Source of the DNA: Octopus vulgaris | Taxonomy: Eukaryota | Assembly: GCA_951406725.2 (NCBI GenBank) | Contig: OX597814.1 | Span: 46,996,001 to 47,060,000 of the forward strand | DNA: 64,000 bases | Reading direction: 5' to 3' | Shown: positions 54,132 through 64,000 of the stretch, in pieces | Layout of the letters: every line of letters begins with the position of its first letter | Numbering within the stretch: the first letter of the stretch is position 1 | The notes under the pieces: generated by a model | Database searches by the model: none | What the model was told of the DNA's origin: nothing | The model's input: the letters and a program-made list of their open reading frames with translations, nothing else | Program-made: the position numbers and the translations under genes

Positions 54132-54370
54132 ATTTTTTTCTTTTTTTTTTTTTTTTTTCATCACAGCAACTAAGTTTGACGGAACCTACTGAAGCAAGCC
54201 AGCACGCTCATAGCATTACCACGGGCGATTGCGAGGCTAAAGCGTTGGGAAGGCCAAGTGCCCTCACGGGCATCACCTGACACCTCGGTCAGGCGAGCTG
54301 CCAACATTGACAAGAACTTCGCAGTTAGTGGCCCAGTCCCTCCGAACGTCTCAAACGTCACAGGTTGGAA
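54132..54370 (-). mobile_element. CRE-like RLE LINE 3' fragment with poly(A) tail
   Basis: FETFGGTGPLTAKFL..RLTEVSGDAR..QRFSLAIARGNA. The T-run at 54132-54157 corresponds to the poly(A) tail. Confidence 0.75.
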
Positions 54371-54645
54371 GAGATAGTTTAGTGTCAGGTCCCGAGGGTT
54401 TTCTTCCGTTCGGCTACGGAAGCAGTGACCCTCCCATTAACTGCAGCGTCCAGGATGTGGGAGGGAGTAAGCACCTGCCCGAAAATCCACAAATATCCAC
54501 AAAAATAATCTTACCGCGGATAGTTATACACAGTATAACACTTGAATACACACACACACGCACGCACATATATAAACACACACATACGTACATACACACA
54601 CACACACACACACACGCACGCACATATATAAACACACACATACGT

Positions 54646-54692
<47 letters not shown>

Positions 54693-54753
54693 AATCCTTA
54701 AATCCTTAAAAATGTTTTAGCCCGAAGGCCGCGGCCATGCTGGGGCACCACCG

Positions 54754-54806
<53 letters not shown>

Positions 54807-55669
54807 AACTGAGAGAGAGAATACATTTACACTTATACATGCATATATGTGTGTGCATGCGTGTGTATGTGAATTTGTGTGTCTATGTGTTTGTGTTTGT
54901 CACTCACCGCTTGAGAGACACACGTTAGCAGTTTGACCAAAAGAGGCCGATATACTAAGTGCGAGCTTTAAATAGTAATTACATCAAGTTGGTCGCCCCC
55001 AGCTTATCAAGGCTCCAGCATGATCGCAGTGCAATGACTAAAACAAGTAAAAAGAATAATTCTTGTAGATTCGTCGCAAAAGAAATAATCTTTGTAACTA
55101 GAATATTTGTATTTCGATATAGACACATTTGCATCAGTACCATTCGGCCGCGATGTGAAGATAACGCCCGTAAAATATAATGACAATAATATCTGGATAC
55201 GTTACACAAAGTCGTGACAGATGGACTCTGTTGCATACAGTCAGATTGCTAAGCAATGTGGAAGAGGATAGGACTGTGCTGTAAGCAGTCAGATTGTTAG
55301 GCAATATGGAAAATATTGCTGTACAAGTATTTATAGATTGAGTGTAGGGAGACTTTTAGTATCGGGTATGAATTGCAAGTGCATAAGAAGCAGTGAGGGG
55401 CGCATCTTTCATTTAGATTCATAGATATGCAGCATATATTAGAAGAGTTTCTAAGCGGATGGTTTTACAGATGAATTTAGGTGAAGTTATGTAATTACAT
55501 CAATGTATATAGATGTATAAATATATATATATATATATATGCATACAGATGTGTGTACATACGCATATGCTCATACATATGTATATAAATATACATGCGT
55601 ATGCGTGTGTGTGTGTATGTATGTATATATCTATATATGTATGAATGTATATATTCAAGTATTATGCGC

Positions 55670-55808
55670 CCCCACCCCACCCCTACCGTAGCCTCGTGGA
55701 GCTTTAGGTGTTTTCGCTCAATAAACACTCACAACACCCGCTCTGGGAATCGAAACCGCGATCCTACGACCGCGAGTCCGCTGCCCTAACCACTGGGCCA
55801 TTGCGCCT

Positions 55809-55810
<2 letters not shown>
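55670..55810 (-). mobile_element. tRNA-derived SINE (family C) head
   Basis: GGAGGCGCAATGGCCCAGTGGTTAGGGCAGCGGAC..GGTTTCGATTCCC with A and B boxes, followed by a non-tRNA body. Confidence 0.75.
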
Positions 55811-55847
<37 letters not shown>

Positions 55848-56060
55848 AGTTCCATTAGTGATTAAATAACCCTCATTAAGGGATTAATATCCAGTGAATT
55901 TACTGGTTTCTTACCTATTATTTATTTTGAATATTAATTTTAATACTGAAATATAAGTAATTAAATAAACCGGAGTTTATATTTAAGAAAAATAAGAACA
56001 TGTTTCTGTAATTAATAAATATAATTATTAATTGATTTGTCTCTGTTTTCTTATTTTTCT

Positions 56061-56450
56061 TATATATGCGTGGCTATGTGGTAAGAAGCTTGCTTCCCAA
56101 CCACTTGGATCCGGTCTCGATCCTAGTGGGTGGAATATTGGGCAAGTGTCTTCTACTATACTACGAATAAAACACTGTGGGCGGATTTGACAGACAGAAA
56201 CTGAAACCTGTCGTATATACGTATATATATATATATACGTATATACGACAGGTTTCAGTTTCGTATATATATATATATATATATACGTATATACGACAGG
56301 TTTCAGTTTCTGTCTGTCAAATCCGCCCACAGTGTTTTATTCGTAGTATAGTAGAAGACACTTGCCCAATATTCCACACGCTAGGATCGAGACCGGATCA
56401 TAGTGGTTGGGAAGGAAGCTTCTTACCACATAGCCACGCATATATATATA
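56061..56450. repeat. Fold-back duplication of a decayed family B SINE around (TA)n
   Basis: Two arms of about 160 bp in inverted orientation with about 5 differences, plus an extra partial arm copy in the centre. Confidence 0.9.
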
Positions 56451-58092
56451 TCACCGTGATCACCGTGACCGACCAGGCTATCAGATGTTGCTACACATCG
56501 CTGGTCACAATGCGTTTCGCATTGTTTTAGCCTTTAAATGACGCTACTCCGCTGGCTAAGCGAGCAGGCTAATCTCTATATATATAAAACTTCTCTATAT
56601 ATAAAACTGAAATGCGTTTGGACCGCTTGGATCGCTTTCAAGGCCACTACATCCCGTCGGATTGACTCCAAAATTTACAGGGACATGTAAAATGAGGTGA
56701 CGATGCCCGTGGGCTACGTTAGAAATCCCTATCTTAAAAGGTGTCGTTGCTAGGGCCACTTTGACAAGTCCACTCCCATTCTTTAATGTATCTGTCTTCC
56801 TCACTCACTCACGCTATTTCCTCCCTTCCCAGCACTTTTTCACTCACTCTATTTCCTACCTTCCCATCACTTTCACTTCGTCAAACGGCGTTATCTCGCT
56901 GTCTGCATTCATAGAGAGAATTATCATCGTCACCACAAACACACGAGCATGAGAACAAATATTATGAATCAGATATTTATTGCGTTCATTTATATGTGTG
57001 TGTGTGTGTTCGATATATAAATATGTATATATAATGTATATATACAAAGTGTATATATCTGTATTTAAAGTGTATGTATCTGTATTTATGTATATTAAAC
57101 TTTTTAATACACTTTGATAGTTATATATATTTTTAAACAAATTATAAATATTATTTAATAATTTTTATTTTAAATTTTTTAATTTTATATTTTATATATT
57201 TTATATATTGTATTTTTATTTTTATGTTTTTGTTTTGGGTTTTTCACTGTTTGATTTGCCTATTAGTGGTTTTATCTCTAATTTAATTTATACATATATA
57301 TATATATATAATTTGTATACATTTGTATATATAATGCGTGCACACACAAACACACACACACACACACACACACATATATTTTCCCCTCAAATGAAAGGCG
57401 TGACCTCTAGGACAAAATTCCTCGTCTTATAAAATGTGGCCCCGGTACACCCGAATGAAATCGGGTTATATTAACCAAAATGTGAAAAGGGGTCTAAATG
57501 GGGCTGGAAGGGGATTAAAATTTAAAGGAGCGGATGTTTAGGAATTCTCTGTTACATCAAGCTAAAAAATTTGCGCCAGCCTTTTAATCGTCAATGTGTT
57601 GCCGTCCATGATGAAGAAGTTTTGAATGCTTGCCATGGTGAGTCTACTGTCGTGAGAAAGAATCACTTCAAAAATTGGTGTTTACCAATTTTCTTTTACA
57701 TCAACTTCAAAATTTTACGCCAGCCGTTAAACTGTCAATACGTTGCTGTCCGTCGTTAAGAAATGCCAGCCATGGTGACTCTACTATCCTCAGATTCTAT
57801 CCCTTCAAACTTTGGTTTCCAATATTTTATTATTTTTATTCAGCTCGAAAGTTCGTCTGTCCCTTTTAAATGTTAGTGTTTTGCTGTCTGCCTTGAAGCA
57901 GACCTTTCCGTTGCCACTGCCTGATATTTATGATTGATCTTTCTAAATATTTTATTTCTCAACTTACTCAAGATCTTTTGTTGTTTATAAATGGGAGAGA
58001 GATAGATAAAGATAGAGAGTAAGAGAAAGCGAGGGAGAATCCGAGAGAAAAGAAAAGTAAGAGAGAAAGGAGAGAGAAACAAAGAGGGAAAA

Positions 58093-58400
58093 TCATCATC
58101 ATCGTTTAACGTCCGTTTTCCGTGCTAGCTCGGGTTGGACAGTTTGACCGGGGTCTGGGAAGCCAGGATGCTGCACCAGGCTCCAGTCTGATCTGGCAGT
58201 GTTTCTACAGGTGGATGACCTTCCTAACGTCAACCACTATGTGAGTGTAGTGGGCGCTTTTTTCATGCCGCCGGCACAGGTGCCAGGGGGGCTCGCAGCG
58301 GCAACGATCGGTTGGTGCTTTTTACGTGCCACCGGCACAGAAGCCAGTCAAGGCGGCGCTGCAATCGACCACGTTCGGATGGTGCTTTTTACGTGCTGAA
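58093..58400 (-). mobile_element. SINE/LINE 3' end with (GAT)n tail
   Basis: CATCATCATCGTTTAACGTCCG..GGATGACCTTCCTAACG motif. Confidence 0.55.
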
Positions 58401-58463
58401 AGGAAGCAACAGAAAGTAACAAACACACTCTTACCCGCGCGTAGAGCGGGTCACCTTCAGCTA

Positions 58464-58547
<84 letters not shown>

Positions 58548-58564
58548 GTATATATATATGTATG

Positions 58565-58597
<33 letters not shown>

Positions 58598-58646
58598 GCA
58601 TGCGTATACATATACATATATATATATATACGTATATATATATACG

Positions 58647-58680
<34 letters not shown>

Positions 58681-60453
58681 TAATTTTAATCCAAACGGGA
58701 AACAAAAAAACAACAACAAGGGAACAATTACAGTATTATTATTAATAGGCGCTCAGGAAATGGAAGCAGGGAGGTATGACGTTTCGAGCGGAGCTCTTCG
58801 TCGGAAACATAAAGAAGGAAGAGAGAGGAAAGAAAGATCCCGGAGCGGGCAACGGAGATAGAGAAAAAAACGGCTGGTGTTAGGAGTAGCACATGGTGAA
58901 AGGCGGATGTTTACGATAACAAGAGCAAAGTGGGTTTTTAAAGGCAAAAGAGTGGAGACAAGGTTGGTAACGCAACAGATGTGTGTGTATGTGTGAGTGT
59001 GTGCGTGTGCGTGTGTGTATGTGTGTGTGTGAGGCGAGGTAAAAAAAACAAAAAATATATGTATGTGTTAGTGTGTGCGTCTGTGTGTAGGCGTGTGAGG
59101 TAGGGCGAGACGGTGGTCAGCATAGCAGCAGCATAGCAGACAAAGGTCAGTAGTGAGAAAAGGGAGGAAGGAGGAAGGGAGGGAGGGGAAGGGGGTGGGG
59201 GCGTATGTAGCGTGCCAGCGTGTGTTGAGTAGTAGTGTGTGTGTGTGTCCAGTGTCGTGGTAGTATTAGTGGCGAGTATATTGAATGTGTGTAAGAGTGA
59301 TGTATATGTTTAAGCAATGTGTGTATATGTGTGCGCGTGTGTGTAACGAAAAAAAGGTGGGGGTTTTAGGAAAAGGACTCCAGCGGAGGGGAAGATGGAA
59401 GAGTGGTCCCGCGGAGACGGGCGTATATAAACCCAACGACAAGCGACATCCCAGGAACGGGCGGGAGGTCTCGTCGGGTCCAAGGGCGAGGTGCATGCGG
59501 GGCGCACACATACATATACATACACACACACACACACATACATATATATATACACACACACACACTAGCTGTGTATCCCGTCGTTTCCGGATAATTTTCA
59601 AAATACTTATGTGGGAGTGCTATTCCGAAAGTTCAGCAAGGGCCTTTGGAATAGCACTCCCACATAAGTTGGATTATAGTATCCAACATATGATATAGAA
59701 AATTACAACTGTCTGAAATATATCAGGGAGATATAGATTTTTTTACGGCATATCTTATAATTGTAACATTGAAGTATAGTATTGTAATAGAGAGTCGCCG
59801 TCAAACACAGGTATATAATGTGCCGCTGGATAAAGTTGCGGCATAGAAATTATGCTCTTATGTATCTTATATTTCGTGATATAGAGATATTCTACTGTAA
59901 GTAGGGCAGTCAGACATTCTGTAATGTGACGTTGTGACACTGATTTATCTTAAAATTCAAGCAATGTAATGTAATCAACATGTGTGACATGAATATATAA
60001 TATCAATGACTGAATATGTAACAAGGTAAATATATTCTCACCCTCCTTCACCTAAATTTAGATTAAGCTAACGTTTATTCATATTATTACTGCCAAAATC
60101 CTTTATCACATTTACTACTGCGGCGACGACAATCTCTACCATTACAAGAATAGAGAACAATGGAGAGTATACGGCATATCTAGATTGTCACATATATCTC
60201 ATACAATTCACCAATGCATGTTGGAGTGTGCAGTATAGTTCTCAGCTAGACATGTACATTTATTTCTGTTTTATATACACGCACATACGCGTATGTTGAA
60301 ATAGAGAGCAACATTTTTCAAGCATGTTATATTAAAGCCACGACCACGCCCAAGTCTGGTTTGAACAAAAATGATCCTAAATCCATTAGGATTGACGTTT
60401 GGTAACCTTCACAGCCTCATTCTCAAAATAAGTGATGATAATGCTATCGTATA

Positions 60454-60686
60454 TATTTCTTTACTGCCCACAAGGGGCTAAACATAGAGGGGACAAACAA
60501 GGACAGACAAAGGGATTAAGTCGATTATATTGACCCAAGTGCGAAACTACTACTTTATTTATCGACCCCGAAAGGATGAAAGGCAAAGTCGACCTCGGCG
60601 GAATTTGAACTCAGAACGTAACGACAGACGAAATACGGCTACGCATTTCGCCCGGCGTGCTAACGTTTCTGCCAGCTCGCCGCCTT
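60454..60686 (-). mobile_element. Young full-length family A SINE
   Basis: Intact head GGCGGCGAGCTGGCAGAAACG. TSD of about 25 bp, TAAGTGATGATAA(TG/AA)CTATCGTATA, at 60429-60453 and 60687-60711. Confidence 0.9.
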
Positions 60687-61147
60687 TAAGTGATGATAAA
60701 ACTATCGTATAGTTTACGCACCGTGCAGTGAGTCGTAATGTTCATGTAAATAGCTGATACAATCATCATGACGGCATTACAATTTCATATAGAATTACAC
60801 ACATACACCGACTTACGCACACAAAAGAAAACAACAATCTAGTTGAAAAATACAAAACAAAATTAAGCATACAGAATACATGTAAAATAAATTATGAAAT
60901 CTACCATTTTAAATCCGGCGTTGATGATTTTTATCAGTTAGCAAAAACATTCGCATGATCCTTGGCGAACAACTGCAATGCTATTTTGCGATTATTTTAT
61001 TCTAAGGCTTGGCTGATTGTTAAGGTACTGAAACATCATTGGAGTCATTAGTCCTTTTCCAAACTAAATATAAGAGAATTAATGAATATGAAGAACCCAT
61101 AATAATAAAAAAAATCAACCTGGGTAAACTGTTAATATAGATATACA

Positions 61148-61220
<73 letters not shown>

Positions 61221-61284
61221 CATATATATGTTTGTATATATATGTGTGTATGTGTGTATGTATGTATGTATGTATGTATCAGAA

Positions 61285-61480
61285 TGAACAGATATGTTAA
61301 CCATTCCACCCGCTTAAAAGAGAAAAGTACGACGTCTACAGCTTTATCAAAATACATCTGGCAGCTTAGAGAACAACAAGGACTCTAGAAGTAAGTGGAG
61401 AATTAGAGAGTAAAAATACTCTTTGCAATTTCGAAAAATATTTAAAGACTACTTGAACACACGCGCAGAACTTTTCGGAC
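61285..61480 (+). mobile_element. Penelope-like GIY-YIG endonuclease fragment
   Basis: NH..R..STALSKYIWQLRE resembles the T.LSK(H/Y)IW.LK segment of Penelope endonucleases. Confidence 0.55.
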
Positions 61481-61573
61481 GTTACAGATAATTCTCCCAT
61501 TCCTGTTTTTTAATCAGGTTTGGCATCCAAGAAATCATCCTTATTCTGTTCCTTGCTTCTAGAAGGAAATACT

Positions 61574-61899
61574 TTACATGCCTGTATTAATGTATATGAT
61601 ATAAATTATATAATTCAGTTACATAATTCATAAATTAATACAGGCATAAAGACTTACTCTTCAGTTCAATGAATATCATAGTTACTTTACTTTTCTTGCA
61701 TCGTCTCTGTAAATATATATATAAACGTAGATAGGCTACATTTAAATATTGAGATATAGCACACAATAAGTACTGAGGCGATGAAAGAAAAGTATAATAT
61801 TCATTGACCTGGAGAGCAAGTCTTTATTCTTGTATTAATTTATAAATTATTTAACTGAATTATATAATTTATATTATATACATTAATGCAGGTATGTAA
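61574..61899. repeat. About 130-bp diverged inverted repeat (61574-61711 and 61771-61899)
   Basis: ATAAATTATATAATTCAGTTA.ATAATT.ATAAATTAATACA..ATAAAGACTT and its reverse complement. Confidence 0.8.
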
Positions 61900-61963
61900 A
61901 ATAATTTATTATTTATTTATTTATTTATTTATTATACAATGAAATAAATAGTTTTTACATGAG

Positions 61964-64000
61964 TGTTGTAATGAAATGGTACACCCCTTCCCACGTAACA
62001 AGTGCTAAGAGTGAACCAGCCACTATAAAGTCAGGCATCAGCCGTTTATATGAGGTCAGTAGTAGTAGAGTCGTTGTAGTTGTACGAGTCAGTGTCAGTT
62101 ATGTGTGATATACGAGTTCGAGTTATCGTCAAGGTAGACGTTTCAAAGTCATTGTTGTCTTGCGGAGCTATCAGCGATAGCACGATAGACGGGTCAAAGA
62201 TAATTAGACGTAGAATACCGCCACAATATATTAGTGGCGACAAGAATATTACAGTACTGACAGCAACATACAAGTGGACGAGGATCCACATCGTAACAGT
62301 GGTGACGAGGATATAAACAATTCATGTGGACAACGTTGGAAAACAAAAACATTATTTTCACGAGAAAATAAACAATTCACGCGGACGACGTTGAAAACTT
62401 TTCACGTGGAGAAATTAAAAACTCGACAGAGGAGTAACAAACATTTTTATAGTATATATTTTACGAAAAATCCGTAAAACTATGGAAAACTTGTTAGAGG
62501 ATTTAGTTGAACTGCAAAAAACAGCAACAACAACAACTCAGAGAACAAGAACAGCAACAAATGTTACAGCAGCAATTGCTACAACTAATGAAGTTGGTAA
62601 CAAAACTGGAAAATACGTTTTCATCAGACTATGTAGCAAATTTAGTAAATGAATTTAAATATGACCAGGAAGAAGGAATCAATATCGAGGCATATCACCG
62701 AATATCTGCACACATTTTTGAAAAAGACTGGAAAGGCGAAATGAAAATGCGCCTAATTCTGAAGAAACTGGCGACGATAGAACATAAGAAATACTGTAAC
62801 TTTATATTACATAAAAAAGTTTCTGACATAAATTTCACGGACACAATTGACATTTTATGGAAAATTTTCAGGGAAAAAACATCGTTATTCAACACACGTT
62901 GGAAGTTTTTAAAGACGGAGGAAAGCGATAACGAAGACGTTATCACATATGCAGGTAGATTGAACAGAGAGTGCGAGAGATTTAAAGTGGATAAACTAAC
63001 TCCAGACTCGTTCAAGTGCCTGCTTTTGTACAAGGGCTTACTGCTAAAAGGGACGCAGAGTAAAAGTGGTACCTGCCATATTCCAACAAGTGATGGACGC
63101 AATGTTAAATGATTGCGGTTTCGCTATCGCTTATCTCAATGATATTTTGATAAAGAGTGAGTCAGTGGAGCAACACTTTGACTTATTAAAAAAGTATTCG
63201 GAAAAATAAATGAATATGAGTTTAGACTAACAGGGGAAAAGTACGAATTTTTGATGAAAAAAATTAAATATTTAGGTCAAGTAATTGACGAAAGCGGGGA
63301 GCGGGGAGCGGGGCGAAGGCCAGACCTATCAAGCGCGACAGTAATACGGAATAGGCCTTCCTCAAGGAACGTCAAATTGTTACAAGCATTTTTAGGCTTG
63401 GTAAACTACTATCAAGTATATTATCCCAAACGTCATACAACACAACTAAATGAGCTGTTAAAAAAGCATGTCAAATGGTTTTGGTCAGAAAAATGCTAGA
63501 AGGCATTTGAGGAACTAAAAAACATGTTAACTTCAGACTTGACGCTTGGAAACGATACTGGCAAGAGATGCTAGTGAGTATGGGGTAGGTGCCGTACTCC
63601 TATACAAATATGAAGATGGCAGCCAAAAGGCCATAGCTCAAGCGTCAAGGACGCTATTGCCAGCGGAAAAACATTATAGCCAAATTGAAAAAGAGGCATT
63701 GGCGATTATATTTGGCATAAAAAAGTTCCACAGGTTTATACATGGTAAACGGTTTAGACTACAAACAGACCATCGCCCGTTGCTAACGATTTATGATCCA
63801 AGAAAGGAATTCCTGTACATAGAGCAAACAGATTGCAGCGAGGGGGAATCATACTATTAAACCACGACTACGCAATGGTATATTTACCTTCGAAAAAGCT
63901 AGGACATGCTGACGGCCTATCCAGGTTAATACCCAGAAATAGCGAACCATTCATAGACCCAGTAAAAGCAACCCTAAGAGCCGAAGGGCAAATTAAACAC
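61964..64000 (+). mobile_element. Decayed Gypsy (Mag/K02A2.6-like) LTR retrotransposon: 5' LTR, PBS, gag, partial RT and RNase H
   Basis: TG-start LTR and PBS TGGTGACGAGGAT. Gag EFKYDQEEG..YCNFIL..EKTSLF, RT FQQVMDAML..AYLNDILI and KYLGQVID, RNase H DASEYGVGAVL..YSQIEKEALAIIF..TDHRPL. Protease and the RT N-terminus are deleted near 63065. Confidence 0.92.

Noticed and set aside
55740-55810. tRNA gene
   Set aside because: No closing acceptor stem, and the sequence continues into a SINE body.

Overview
AT-rich, microsatellite-dense eukaryotic DNA. The SINE families and simple-repeat load suggest an octopus or other coleoid cephalopod; this is inferred from recognition, not from a database search. 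The only recognisable host coding sequence is the first coding exon of an SLC6 neurotransmitter:sodium symporter (51833-52010, +). Almost everything else is mobile-element debris: tRNA-derived SINEs, Tx1/L1-type ORF1 elements, RTE, CRE-like and R4/Dong-like LINE fragments, a Mag-type Gypsy element, a decayed Buster/Charlie hAT with an intact 8-bp TSD, Mutator-like foldback elements, mariner/Tc1 relics, non-autonomous Helitrons, Penelope remnants and a D-arm-deleted tRNA-Gly pseudogene. Four observations stand out. (1) Two divergent but homologous Tx1/L1-like ORF1 elements, one of them a complete 1.4-kb ORF1-only unit with a 16-bp TSD, have their 5' junctions at the same site in the head of one SINE family, which suggests SINE-targeted retrotransposition. 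(2) There are two type I hammerhead ribozyme folds with intact cores. (3) Fold-back palindromes recur, centred on (TA)n. (4) The Gypsy LTR is followed by three tRNA-Ser-type PBS motifs. Most ORFs in the supplied track are microsatellite artefacts.
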